Assembly: GCA_017940575.1 (NCBI GenBank)
Contig: JAGAYJ010000015.1
Coordinates: 17,083 to 81,082, forward strand
Direction: 5' to 3'
Length of the DNA stretch: 64,000 bases
From: Bacilli bacterium
Lineage (GTDB): Bacteria > Bacillota_I > Bacilli_A > RF39 > UBA660
Shown: positions 48,817 to 58,561 of the stretch, piece by piece
Numbering within the stretch: position 1 is the first letter of the stretch
Layout of the letters: every line of letters begins with the position of its first letter
The notes under the pieces: generated by a model
Databases searched by the model: none
What the model was told of the DNA's origin: nothing
Seen by the model: the letters and a program-made list of their open reading frames with translations, nothing else
Translations under genes and position numbers: made by a program

Positions 48817-49494
48817 ATGGCTGAAAAGAAAACTGTAAAAAAATCAGTAGCAAAAGAAGAAACAAAAAAAGTTGAAACTAATACAATGCATGAATGTGAA
48901 TGCAAAGAATGTAATTGTGGATGTAATTGTGGATGTAATTGTTCACAAAAATTAAATTATATTTTGTATTGTTGTATTGCAATATTAGCACTTGTAATAA
49001 TCTTACTTGGTGTTGTCATTGCAAATAATACAAAAAATACTAGTGAAACAAGCGATGAAAGTAGTGAATCATCAACTGAATATGATGTTTCTATGTTTGA
49101 CACATTAACAACAACAGATGCAATTGCTAAAATTAGTAAAGGAGATAAAGTTTTAGTATATATAGGAAGATCAAACTGTGGATATTGTGTTAAATTTTTA
49201 CCAAGCTTACAAAAAGCTCAAAAAGAATTTGGATATAAAACAGTTTATGTAGATTTAAATCAAGTATCAACTAGTGATCAAGAAGCATGGGCTAAATTTG
49301 GTGGCGTTGCTAAATTATATGATGAGACATGTACTGATCCTGAAAATGCTACTGTAGAAAATAAATGTGGTAAATTTGGACTTACTCCAATGGTGTTAGT
49401 TTTTGAAAATGGAAAATTAAAAGACGATTGGGTAGGTTATTCAGAATATGAACAATTTGCTTCATTCTTAACAGAAAATGGATTTAAAAAATAA
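48817..49494 (+). CDS. Membrane-anchored thioredoxin-fold protein (CGYC) with an N-terminal cytoplasmic CxCxxCxCGCxCGCxC cluster
   Basis: Lys-rich N-terminus, HECECKECNCGCNCGCNC, one TM, then thioredoxin-like domain with RSNCGYCVKF active site; GGAGGT RBS. Confidence 0.6.
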   Translation: MAEKKTVKKSVAKEETKKVETNTMHECECKECNCGCNCGCNCSQKLNYILYCCIAILALVIILLGVVIANNTKNTSETSDESSESSTEYDVSMFDTLTTTDAIAKISKGDKVLVYIGRSNCGYCVKFLPSLQKAQKEFGYKTVYVDLNQVSTSDQEAWAKFGGVAKLYDETCTDPENATVENKCGKFGLTPMVLVFENGKLKDDWVGYSEYEQFASFLTENGFKK

Positions 49495-49632
49495 AAAGTG
49501 ATTTAATCACTTTTTTTTTAATAATTAAATAAAATTAGAATATAATAATAATGTAAATACAATAAAATTAAAAAAAATTATCAAAAAGTATTGTAAAAGT
49601 TTTTTTTTTAGTATATAATTAAGAAGTCAAAT

Positions 49633-49708
49633 GCCTAATTAGCTCAGTTGGTAGAGCACTCGGCTGTTAACCGATAGGTCGTAGGTTCGAGTCCTACATT
49701 AGGCGCCA
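49633..49708 (+). tRNA. tRNA-Asn (anticodon GTT)
   Basis: GCCTAAT...CGGCTGTTAACCG anticodon arm...GGTTCGAGTCC T-arm; near-identical architecture to B. subtilis tRNA-Asn. Confidence 0.85.
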
Positions 49709-49716
49709 TTTTTTTT

Positions 49717-49793
49717 GGCCAGTTGGTGAAGCGGCTTAACACACTGCCCTTTCACGGCAGCATTCACGGGTTCGAATCCCGTACTGGTCACCA
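49717..49793 (+). tRNA. tRNA-Glu (anticodon TTC)
   Basis: GGCCAGTTGGTGAAGCGG...CTGCCCTTTCACGGCAG...GGGTTCGAATCCCGTACTGGTCACCA. Confidence 0.85.
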
Positions 49794-49797
49794 TTTA

Positions 49798-49830
49798 GAA
49801 GTATGAAGTCTTATATACAAGACTTTTTTT
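49798..49830 (+). terminator. Intrinsic terminator after the tRNA pair
   Basis: aagtcttatatacaagactt hairpin + TTTTTTT. Confidence 0.7.
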
Positions 49831-49908
49831 AATGCAAAAAATAATTTGCATTTTAAAAAAATTGTGATATAATATCTTGCGTTTTGACGAAAAAAGGAGG
49901 CGATATTA

Positions 49909-50289
49909 ATGTACGATGAATATTTTATAGAAAATCTTATGATAGGAAATAGAGTAACAATATATAATGTAGGTGGATCTACAGGTATAAATAATTTAAC
50001 AGATGGACCTTATATATTTTATAAAGTTCCAACAGAAGATGGAAAAAAACAAAAATATAAAGAAATTTTTACTGAAGATGTTTATAAATTATCTTCTAGT
50101 ATTGAAAAACAAAAATTTGGTAAAACTTATATAGTTAAATCAGATAATATAAAAAAATATATTAACAAAGATGAATTGACAAAAGGTTCAGTAAATAAAG
50201 TAAGACTTTTAGAAATATATAATAAAGTTAGAGAAGACAGTTATAAAGATACTTTAAACAATCATAAGCAAAAAACATTACAAAGATAA
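49909..50289 (+). CDS. Hypothetical protein
   Basis: AAAGGAGG RBS. Confidence 0.45.
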   Translation: MYDEYFIENLMIGNRVTIYNVGGSTGINNLTDGPYIFYKVPTEDGKKQKYKEIFTEDVYKLSSSIEKQKFGKTYIVKSDNIKKYINKDELTKGSVNKVRLLEIYNKVREDSYKDTLNNHKQKTLQR

Positions 50290-50499
50290 TTTTGATAATT
50301 ATCTTTTTTTCATTATTCTTTCATATAATTTTCACATTTAAAGTTTATACTTGATATTGAAAGGAAGGAATGGTGATAATAATAAAAAAATTATAATTTT
50401 AAGTAAAAGATAAAATAAAAAAAGTGAATCCTTAATAAACATTTTTCATATATACGATAACTAAAAACCCTAAAAAAAATAAGCAGTATTGCTTATTTT

Positions 50500-51060
50500 T
50501 TATGTTATGTCTAAAAGTTCCATAGCTTTTTTTGTATCTTCACCCTTAAATGAAAGTTTTTGTAAATCATTACATTCTTCATAATTTCTTTGATAGTAAA
50601 TATTAATATAGTTATTGATTAATTCCTCAACATTATCAAAATCTTGTTTTAACCAATCAATAATATCATTATAATGTTTTCTTCCAATTAAGTTTGTTAT
50701 ATAATTGCAACATTGGTCATTATAATCATCACTGCCTTCAATTTTTCTTATTAATGTATTATAAGCATGTTTTTCAATCATACATTTTAAAAATAATTTT
50801 ATAAGTAGTTCATTACCAATAGTATATATATTATTTCTAATATTATTCTTACTAGTAAATGAATGCATATCACCTTTTAAATAGTTTCTTAAAAGTTCTT
50901 TAGCATATAATTTTTCATCACTAAAACTAATATCAGGCATTTGTTTCCTAATAGTAGAATTTAAAGCATAATCTAAGTATATTTTAATTCTATTTAAACC
51001 ATCTAAATCAGATGATGAAATATAGTTTTTAATGTCAAAGTTCATATCTTCAAAGTTCAT
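50500..51060 (-). CDS. Hypothetical protein
   Basis: AGGTGA RBS on the minus strand. Confidence 0.4.
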   Translation of the reverse strand: MNFEDMNFDIKNYISSSDLDGLNRIKIYLDYALNSTIRKQMPDISFSDEKLYAKELLRNYLKGDMHSFTSKNNIRNNIYTIGNELLIKLFLKCMIEKHAYNTLIRKIEGSDDYNDQCCNYITNLIGRKHYNDIIDWLKQDFDNVEELINNYINIYYQRNYEECNDLQKLSFKGEDTKKAMELLDIT

Positions 51061-51321
51061 ATTATCACCTAATTAAATTATAAAGTATAGATTATAGATA
51101 AGTCAAACTAAATAATATTCAAATTATAAAAGTGTGTAAAAATGTGTCAAGATAATAAAAAAAGACTTAATATGCCTTTTATTTTAAAAATCTTATGTTA
51201 TACTTTAATTGTAAGTTAGAAGTAACTTATTCTGGGAACAGACATAAAAGAATGAACTTTTTAATAAGTTCAAAAAAGGGGAAAATGATATATTTTATAT
51301 CATTTTTTTTATAAAAAAATA

Positions 51322-51413
51322 GAAACTGTTCCCCCTGAGAACAGTTTCATAAAAGAATAAAAAGGGGTTGGCTAGTGTGATACTAGCACCAATTCGACAT
51401 TTCCGAACTGGTG
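51322..51413. other. Cluster of three strong hairpins (27-nt perfect stem-loop gaaactgttc-ccccctga-gaacagtttc; gctagtgtgatactagc; caccaattcgacatttccgaactggtg); candidate small structured RNA or REP-like element
   Basis: Seen directly. On the minus strand the first hairpin is followed by a T-run (terminator) and a TTGACT..TAGTAT promoter-like pair lies at about 51430-51465. Confidence 0.4.
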
Positions 51414-51699
51414 CTTTATATACTACATCTAAAATTAAATAAAGTCAAGTTTTTAACATTAAAAAAAATATTTTTTTAAGCACTATATTGACTTACGAAC
51501 AGTTGTTTGATATTATTGTTTTGAAAGCGGTGATATTATCGAACTTATAGATTTAAAAGGAATAGGACCAAAAGGCGTTAAAATACTTAATAAACTTGGT
51601 ATTTATAGTATAGAAGATTTAATTTGTTTTTATCCCTTTAGATATAATTTAATAAGAAGAAGTGATGTAAATACACTTGAAACTAATGATAAAATTGTA

Positions 51700-53508
51700 A
51701 TGGATGGAATAATTGAGACAACACCAACGTTATTTAGACTTAAAAGAAAACTTGATTTAATGCGTTTTAAACTTAATACAGGCTCTAATTTAATGAATGT
51801 AACAATATATAACAGAGGATTTTTAAAAAATAAATTAAGTGTTGGAAGTAGTGTTACTTTAATTGGAAAATATGACAAACAACATAATGGAATAATAGCA
51901 AGTGAAATTAGATTTGGCAGTATTTCTAAAGAGAAAATTGAACCGGTTTATCACTTAACATATGGTATTACTAATAATCAAATTAGTCTTTATGTAAAAG
52001 AGGCACTTGAAAACTGTTGTGAGGTTAAAGATTATATTCCTGATATTATAAAAGAAAAGTATTTGTTTAATGATAAGATTAATGATATTAGAAATATTCA
52101 TCTACCAAATAATATAAATAATTTAAAAAAATCTATTAATAGATTAAAATATGAAGAATTATTTACATTTATGCTTAAAATGAATTATCTTAAAACAAAT
52201 AAAAAAAACAGAATTGGTTTAAAAAGAAAAGTTGATTTTAAACTTGTTGATAAATTCATTAAAACTCTTTCTTTTGAACTTACACCAGATCAATTAAAAG
52301 CTGTTAATGATATTTATAATGATTTAATGAGTGAAAAAAGAATGAATAGACTTATCCAAGGTGATGTTGGTTGTGGAAAAACTATAGTTGCAATAATATC
52401 TATGTATATAAATTATTTAAGTGGATACCAAAGTGCATTAATGGCTCCAACAGAAATACTTGCAGAACAACATTATCAAAATATTAAAACCTTATTTAAG
52501 GATTATGATATAAGTATTGCTTTATTAACAGGTAAATTAAAAGTAAAAGAAAAAAAAGAATTATATAAGAAGATAGAGTCTGGCGAGGTTGATTTTATAA
52601 TTGGCACGCATGCTTTAATATCTGATAGTGTTAAATATAATAATTTAGGATTAGTTATTACAGATGAACAACATAGATTTGGTGTAAATCAAAGAGCTAA
52701 TTTAAAAAATAAAGGAATAACACCTGATATTTTATATATGAGTGCAACTCCGATACCAAGAACTTATGCACTTACTTTATATGGAGATATGGATATAACA
52801 AATATTAAGACATCTCCAAGTGGAAAAAAAGAAATTATCACTACTTTAAAAAAAGAATCCGAGATTAAAGATGTACTTGAATCTATGTATAAAGAATTAA
52901 AAGAAGGCCATCAAGTCTATGCAATTGCACCTTTAATTGAAGAAAGTGATAAATCAGATTTAAAGAATGTTTATGAGTTAGAAGAAAATATGAATAAAGC
53001 TTTTGGAAAACTTTATAATATTGGAATACTTCATGGTAAAATGACGGATATCGAAAAAGAAGAGGTAATGAATAAGTTTAAAAATAATGAGATACAAATA
53101 CTCATTAGTACAACTGTTGTAGAAGTTGGAGTAGATGTTAAAAATGCAACAATGATGGTTATATTTGATGCGTTTAGATTTGGTTTATCTGCACTTCATC
53201 AATTAAGAGGAAGAGTTGGTAGAAATAATCTTCAGTCATATTGTATTTTAATTAGTAATAGAGAAACTAAAAGGCTTGATATTTTAACTCATACCAATGA
53301 TGGTTTTAAAATAAGTGAAGAAGATTTTACCTTAAGAGGAAGTGGAGACTTATTTGGACTTAGACAAAGTGGAGATATGAAGTTTAGACTTGCTGATATA
53401 AAAAAAGATTTTAATATTTTACTTAAAGCAAAAGAAGATAGTTTAATTTTTTTAGGTAAAAAGGAAAATATTGATGATTATATTAAAGAAGATGAAAATA
53501 TAGATTAA
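51700..53508 (+). CDS. recG: ATP-dependent DNA helicase RecG (the true N-terminus extends upstream to about 51511-51540 but has no canonical start codon)
   Basis: The in-frame upstream translation IELIDLKGIGPKGVKILNKLGIYSIEDLICFYPFRYN is the conserved RecG N-terminus. Helicase motifs GDVGCGKT, DEQHRFGV, QLRGRVGR. The upstream in-frame stop is at 51508-51510 and there is no ATG/GTG/TTG in frame before 51700. Confidence 0.85.
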   Translation: MDGIIETTPTLFRLKRKLDLMRFKLNTGSNLMNVTIYNRGFLKNKLSVGSSVTLIGKYDKQHNGIIASEIRFGSISKEKIEPVYHLTYGITNNQISLYVKEALENCCEVKDYIPDIIKEKYLFNDKINDIRNIHLPNNINNLKKSINRLKYEELFTFMLKMNYLKTNKKNRIGLKRKVDFKLVDKFIKTLSFELTPDQLKAVNDIYNDLMSEKRMNRLIQGDVGCGKTIVAIISMYINYLSGYQSALMAPTEILAEQHYQNIKTLFKDYDISIALLTGKLKVKEKKELYKKIESGEVDFIIGTHALISDSVKYNNLGLVITDEQHRFGVNQRANLKNKGITPDILYMSATPIPRTYALTLYGDMDITNIKTSPSGKKEIITTLKKESEIKDVLESMYKELKEGHQVYAIAPLIEESDKSDLKNVYELEENMNKAFGKLYNIGILHGKMTDIEKEEVMNKFKNNEIQILISTTVVEVGVDVKNATMMVIFDAFRFGLSALHQLRGRVGRNNLQSYCILISNRETKRLDILTHTNDGFKISEEDFTLRGSGDLFGLRQSGDMKFRLADIKKDFNILLKAKEDSLIFLGKKENIDDYIKEDENID

Positions 53509-53512
53509 TAAT

Positions 53513-53547
53513 TTGACAAGGTTAAATAAAATAAATATAATTATAAT
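53513..53547 (+). promoter_or_regulatory. Consensus SigA promoter (TTGACA, 17-nt spacer, TATAAT; second tandem TATAAT)
   Basis: TTGACA 53513-53518, TATAAT 53536-53541 and 53542-53547. Confidence 0.65.
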
Positions 53548-53548
53548 A

Positions 53549-53648
53549 GCGTGATACTAACTCACGCATACACTCTTACGATATTTAGTTGAGAGTGATT
53601 ATAAAACCCCCTGAATGCCCAGTCATTGTGACTGGGTTATTTTTTTTT
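53549..53648 (+). ncRNA. Structured 5' leader or small RNA of about 100 nt (two hairpins plus intrinsic terminator cccagtcattgtgactggg + T-run), candidate riboswitch or attenuator of the downstream gene
   Basis: Lies between a perfect promoter and the downstream RBS/ATG (53680); hairpins GCGTGA..TCACGC, CACTCT..AGAGTG, CCCAGTC..GACTGGG followed by U-run. Confidence 0.45.
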
Positions 53649-53679
53649 GTTATAATATTCTTAGAAGTGAGGAATGCTT

Positions 53680-54165
53680 ATGAAAAATTTTTACATTATT
53701 TGGTCTTTTATATTTATTTTAATAGCTTTTATATTGACTATAGATATGCTTAATAAACCAGGCACTAAAATAAAAAAAATAGGTGAAATAGCAGGTGTTA
53801 ATTTATATGAATGTAAAATTATTTATAATAATGATACACATGGTGGATTTCATGGAGATGGGGAATATTTTGCTAAATTAGATTGTTCTTCATTAAAGAA
53901 TTATTCAGCTATTTTAAAGTGGAATAAATTACCTTTAAATGAAGATATAAAAAAAGAGATTTTAGTTGAATCTTGTTCAATAGAAAAATGTACAAATGTG
54001 CTTGAAAGATATAATATTCCAAATATTAAAAATGGATATTATTATTTTATTGATAGAAATAGTACATATGATAAAGAATTAAATATAAAAATATATTATA
54101 ATTATAGTTTATTTTTATTTGATGAGGATAATAAAAGTATATATTATTATGAACTAGATACTTAA
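53680..54165 (+). CDS. Hypothetical secreted/membrane-anchored protein
   Basis: GTGAGGA RBS 8 nt upstream of ATG 53680; N-terminal hydrophobic segment. Confidence 0.45.
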   Translation: MKNFYIIWSFIFILIAFILTIDMLNKPGTKIKKIGEIAGVNLYECKIIYNNDTHGGFHGDGEYFAKLDCSSLKNYSAILKWNKLPLNEDIKKEILVESCSIEKCTNVLERYNIPNIKNGYYYFIDRNSTYDKELNIKIYYNYSLFLFDEDNKSIYYYELDT

Positions 54166-54248
54166 GAATATTAATAATGTTTGCTTTTTTTGTTGATTAC
54201 ATAATTTTCTTGTGTTATAATTAATATGAATAATTGGGAGGCTAGTGT

Positions 54249-54506
54249 ATGGAAAAAGAAACAATTTTAGTAACAGATCAAAATGGAGTAGAGAAAGAAG
54301 CAGAAGTTATTCTATGCTTTGAAAAAGATAATAAGAATTTTATAATATATACATTTAATGAAACTGATGAAAAGGGAATGACTATCTTATATTCTTCTAT
54401 GGTTAAAGTTGAAGACGGCGTAAATGTATTTGAAAAAATCACTCCTGAAGATTGGACAATGGTAAAAAGTGTTATGAATAGCATTGTTAAAGAAGGGAAG
54501 GAATAA
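54249..54506 (+). CDS. DUF1292 / UPF0473-family small protein
   Basis: ILVTDQNGVEKEAEVILCFEKDNKNFIIY...EDWTMVKSVMNSI matches the DUF1292 pattern (I-xL-xDenGne-e-yeVlf-f...d-ew--ve-vln-f). Confidence 0.55.
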   Translation: MEKETILVTDQNGVEKEAEVILCFEKDNKNFIIYTFNETDEKGMTILYSSMVKVEDGVNVFEKITPEDWTMVKSVMNSIVKEGKE

Positions 54507-54507
54507 T

Positions 54508-55623
54508 ATGTTAGATAATATAAATTTAAAAAAAACAAGTGAGTTATTAGGCACATTTAAAAATAAAATTAATGGCTATAATAAAAGTAAAGCTAAGCTT
54601 TCAATTTTAGATAAGATTAGAAAATTTTATTTTGGACTTGTTTTAAATATTAAAAATAATCAACTTGATAAATTAGATGAAGAACAAAAAAATATTAAAG
54701 AAAATTTAGAAAATTATAAAGAAGAATTTGATAGACAAATGACAATTGCAAATAATGAAGTCAAATTAAAAGAAACTGAAAAAAATATTAGTAAAGAAGA
54801 ATTGAAAAAAACTAATAATGAGAAAAAAATTAAAAGTATAGAAAAAAGTGCAAATGAAATACAAGCCAAAATTGATGAAATTGATACTAAAGAAGTAGAA
54901 GATAGACTTGCTGATATTAAACCAATCGAAAACACAAGTGATGTTGAAATTGATCAAGTATCTAAAAATTTAGAAGCAGAAGCTGATAAAGTGGCTCAAG
55001 AAGAAAAATCTAATGTTCAAGTAGAACAAGAATTGAAAAATGTTGAAGAAGAATTAAAAAATACAGTTAATGCTTCAACAGAACCTGTTAAAATTGAAGA
55101 GCCAAGTGTAAATGTAGAACAACCTAAAGAAGAAAATGAAATTGAAAAGATTAAAGCTGAATTAACTAATGGTTTTAATGAAGAGATAAAAGCATTATCT
55201 ATTAGATTTATGCAAACGGTTGAATCTAAGCTTAATGAACAAGCTAGAAGATATGAAACCAAATTACAAAATCAAAAAGCTGATTATGAAAATGAATTTG
55301 ATGTGTTAACTAATAAAGCTGAAAAAATTGATAGTGAGAATAAATCAAAAATTGATGAACTTACAAGTCAAAACAAAAAATTAGCAACTGATAAAGATAA
55401 TGCATATAGTACAATAGCTTCTAAAGAAACTGAAATTAAATTTTTAAATGAACAAGTTGCATCATTAAATTCAACAGTTGAAGCAAATAAAATTGAAATG
55501 GATGCTAAAGATAAAGAAATAGAAAGACTTAAAGTATTTGAACAAAGATGGATGCTTATGTCTCAAGCAATGGCACCAGTTGCTCAAGCTGAAACTTTAG
55601 CTGAATCTACAAAAACAAGATAA
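54508..55623 (+). CDS. Coiled-coil protein (Glu/Lys-rich), unknown function
   Basis: GGAAGGA RBS; long heptad-like charged repeats. Confidence 0.4.
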   Translation: MLDNINLKKTSELLGTFKNKINGYNKSKAKLSILDKIRKFYFGLVLNIKNNQLDKLDEEQKNIKENLENYKEEFDRQMTIANNEVKLKETEKNISKEELKKTNNEKKIKSIEKSANEIQAKIDEIDTKEVEDRLADIKPIENTSDVEIDQVSKNLEAEADKVAQEEKSNVQVEQELKNVEEELKNTVNASTEPVKIEEPSVNVEQPKEENEIEKIKAELTNGFNEEIKALSIRFMQTVESKLNEQARRYETKLQNQKADYENEFDVLTNKAEKIDSENKSKIDELTSQNKKLATDKDNAYSTIASKETEIKFLNEQVASLNSTVEANKIEMDAKDKEIERLKVFEQRWMLMSQAMAPVAQAETLAESTKTR

Positions 55624-55696
55624 AAGTTATACACATGTATAACTTTTTTTGTTGTAAATATAAGTGTTTAAGCGTATAATTTAATTAGGAGGTAGT

Positions 55697-56119
55697 ATGA
55701 ATTTATTTTGGGTTATATTAATACTTTTTTTAGCAATTATTGAAGTATTAACAGTAAACTTAGTTACAATATGGTATGTAGCAAGTGCAATAGTTGCACT
55801 TATAATATCATTTTTTAGCAAAGATTTTACACTTCAATTTGCTGTCTTTGTAATTCTTGGAACAATATTCTTAGTAACTACCAAAAAAACACTAGATAAA
55901 TTAGTTAAATCAAAAAATGAAAAAACTAATATAGATAGAATAGTTGGTATGGAAGGTATTGTTGTTGAAGAAATTACTAAAAACAAACTTGGTGCTGTTA
56001 AAGTAGATGGAAAAGTCTGGTCAGCATCATCTAATATTACTATAAAAGAAAATTGTATAGTAAAAGTACTAGAGATTAATAGTACAAAACTAATAGTAGA
56101 AAAGGTTAAGGAGGATTAA
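55697..56119 (+). CDS. NfeD-like membrane protein (OB-fold C-terminus)
   Basis: Two N-terminal TM segments + C-terminal beta-rich OB domain; immediately upstream of an SPFH gene (conserved NfeD-SPFH operon). Confidence 0.7.
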   Translation: MNLFWVILILFLAIIEVLTVNLVTIWYVASAIVALIISFFSKDFTLQFAVFVILGTIFLVTTKKTLDKLVKSKNEKTNIDRIVGMEGIVVEEITKNKLGAVKVDGKVWSASSNITIKENCIVKVLEINSTKLIVEKVKED

Positions 56120-56121
56120 AA

Positions 56122-57015
56122 ATGGATATATTAGTTATTATTTTAATTTTAATTGTAGCTTTGGTTATTCCAAACATTAAAATTGTTCCACAAGCTAAAG
56201 CATATGTAATTGAAAGACTTGGTTCATATAGTCAAACATGGGGTAATGGTCTTCATATGAAAATACCATTTATTGATAGAATATCATCAACTGTTACTTT
56301 AAAGGAAATAGTAAAGGATTTCGCACCACAACCTGTTATTACAAAAGATAATGTTACTATGCAAATAGATACAGTTGTATATTTTCAAATAACAGATCCA
56401 AAGTTATATACATATGGTGTTGAAAGTCCAATTAATGCGATTGAAAATTTAACAGCAACAACACTTCGTAATATAATTGGTGAGTTAGAATTAGACCAAA
56501 CATTAACATCACGTGATATAATTAACTCAAAAATGCGTGCTATTTTAGATGAAGCAACAGATCCTTGGGGAATAAAAGTAAACAGAGTTGAAGTTAAAAA
56601 CATAATTCCACCAAGAGACATTCAAGAAGCAATGGAAAAACAAATGCGTGCTGAACGTGAAAGAAGAGAAAAGATTCTTCAAGCAGAAGGTGAAAAGAAA
56701 TCTAGTATCCTAATAGCAGAAGGTGAAAAAGAAAGTGCTATTTTAAGAGCAGAAGCAAAAAAAGAATCACAAATTAAGATAGCTGAAGGTGAAGCTGAGG
56801 CATTAATTAAAATAAAACAAGCGGAAGCTGAAGGAATTAAACTTCTTAAAGATGCTAAAGCAGATAATTCAGTACTTACTTTAAAAGGATTTGAAGCACT
56901 TGCTAATTTAGCTGATGGACAATCAACTAAAATAATAGTTCCATCTGATTTATCAAATGTCGCAACTATAGGTTCAACTATAAAAGAAATGCTTGAAACA
57001 AATAAGACCAAATAA
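56122..57015 (+). CDS. SPFH/band-7 (stomatin/flotillin-like) domain protein
   Basis: N-terminal TM, SPFH core, EA-rich (AEGEKxSAIL... repeats) C-terminal region. Confidence 0.85.
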   Translation: MDILVIILILIVALVIPNIKIVPQAKAYVIERLGSYSQTWGNGLHMKIPFIDRISSTVTLKEIVKDFAPQPVITKDNVTMQIDTVVYFQITDPKLYTYGVESPINAIENLTATTLRNIIGELELDQTLTSRDIINSKMRAILDEATDPWGIKVNRVEVKNIIPPRDIQEAMEKQMRAERERREKILQAEGEKKSSILIAEGEKESAILRAEAKKESQIKIAEGEAEALIKIKQAEAEGIKLLKDAKADNSVLTLKGFEALANLADGQSTKIIVPSDLSNVATIGSTIKEMLETNKTK

Positions 57016-57106
57016 TGGTCTTTTTAAGTCTTTATTTGACAAAAATCAAAAATTGTGGCATAGTATTTATTGCTTGGTTAAAGAGACCAAAGATAGGTGG
57101 TAATGT

Positions 57107-58177
57107 ATGAAAGGTGAGCTGATTAGTATTATTGTTCTTGTATATAATACAGATCAATATGTTAATAAATGCTTAAAATCTATTTTAAACCAAACTTATA
57201 GCAATTTAGAAGTTATTGTTATTAATGATGGTTCAACAGATAGAAGTTCAAAAAAAATTAATGCAATAGCATCAAATGATAAAAGAATCAAAGTTATCGA
57301 AAGAGAAAATAAGGGTAGATACTTATCAAGATTAGAAGGATATAAAAAAGCCAAGGGTAAATATATATTCTATCTTGATGGAGATGATTGGATAAAAAAA
57401 GATACAATTGAAAAAATGTATGATGCTATGAAAGAGACAAAAGCTGATGTAGTTAGATGTCAATATCAAAAGTATGTAAACAATCATATCATAACACCAA
57501 AGTCTTATTTAAATAGAAATGTACTTATGGATATAGAACATCTAGAGCCTCAATTCTTTGATCTTTTATATAAGACAAATTATTGTAATACAATATGTAA
57601 ACAATTAATGAAAAAATCAGTTATGAAAGATATAAAAGATGTAGAGGAAGAATTAAATTACTGTGAAGATTTAGCTTGTAATTTAAAAATATATAAAAAT
57701 ATGAAATCAATTTTATTCATGCCTGATGAATTATATATATATAATTTTAATCATAGTTATAAAAAAAGAAGATTATCTAAAGCTGAAGTTATGAAAAAGA
57801 TTGAAGACACTATTTATGTATATTATGATTTATATATGACTACAAAAGAATTTGATATAAAGAATAAAAAAGAATATAAAAAAGTAGCTGCAATGCGAAT
57901 GATAGAAAAATTATCAATATTAGTATGTGATTTACTTAAAACTGGTATTTCTAAAAAAGAATTTATTGATACATTAGAAAATATTATAATGGATAAAAAA
58001 GTAAAAGCCATATATAAGGAATTAGATAAAGAAGATACATCAGATGTTTATAAGGATGTTAGAGTTTATGATTTAACGAAAAGAGTTATAAAAAACTCAG
58101 ACTATATGTTAAATAAAAAATTCGCACAACTTTATAATTATAATAAATTATTTTTAAATTTTAAGAAGATATTCTAA
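57107..58177 (+). CDS. Glycosyltransferase family 2
   Basis: ISIIVLVYNTDQYVNKCLKSILNQTY...EVIVINDGSTD, DxD (YLDGDD). Confidence 0.8.
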   Translation: MKGELISIIVLVYNTDQYVNKCLKSILNQTYSNLEVIVINDGSTDRSSKKINAIASNDKRIKVIERENKGRYLSRLEGYKKAKGKYIFYLDGDDWIKKDTIEKMYDAMKETKADVVRCQYQKYVNNHIITPKSYLNRNVLMDIEHLEPQFFDLLYKTNYCNTICKQLMKKSVMKDIKDVEEELNYCEDLACNLKIYKNMKSILFMPDELYIYNFNHSYKKRRLSKAEVMKKIEDTIYVYYDLYMTTKEFDIKNKKEYKKVAAMRMIEKLSILVCDLLKTGISKKEFIDTLENIIMDKKVKAIYKELDKEDTSDVYKDVRVYDLTKRVIKNSDYMLNKKFAQLYNYNKLFLNFKKIF

Positions 58178-58243
58178 AAACTAATAATAATTATTAGTTT
58201 TTTTTCATATATATTTATTGTAGAAAGGAATGATTTAATATAT

Positions 58244-58504
58244 ATGGAAACACTTAAAGTTTCATCAAAATCTAATCCAAATAGTGTAGCAGGAGCCTTA
58301 GCTAATGTATTTAGAGAAAAGGATTCAGTTGAGGTACAAGCAATTGGAGCTGGAGCTTTAAATCAAGCAATAAAAGCAATTGCAATTGCTCGTGGTTTTG
58401 TCGCACCAAGTGGAAAAAACTTAGTATGTATTCCAGCTTTTACAGATATTACTATTGAAGGCTTAGAAAAAACAGCAATTAAGTTAATTGTAGAGACTAT
58501 CTAG
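58244..58504 (+). CDS. spoVS: Stage V sporulation protein S
   Basis: Near-canonical SpoVS sequence (METLKVSSKSNPNSVAGALA...GAGALNQAIKAIAIARGF). Confidence 0.9.
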   Translation: METLKVSSKSNPNSVAGALANVFREKDSVEVQAIGAGALNQAIKAIAIARGFVAPSGKNLVCIPAFTDITIEGLEKTAIKLIVETI

Positions 58505-58561
58505 TCTCTTTTTTTCTTGTAATCTTAATGTTTTAGTGTTAAACTATTTATGGTGATGTTT

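Noticed and set aside
51630-51878. 82-aa minus-strand ORF
   Set aside because: It is antisense to the conserved RecG N-terminal region. It is a hydrophobic low-complexity shadow ORF with no RBS.
51341-53625. The shared motifs GTGATACTA and CCCCCTGA in both the 51.3-kb hairpin cluster and the 53.5-kb leader suggested the two are homologous RNA elements
   Set aside because: The motif order and spacing differ between the two and the surrounding sequence does not align. I treat the shared 8-9-mers as coincidental unless a genome-wide search shows more copies.
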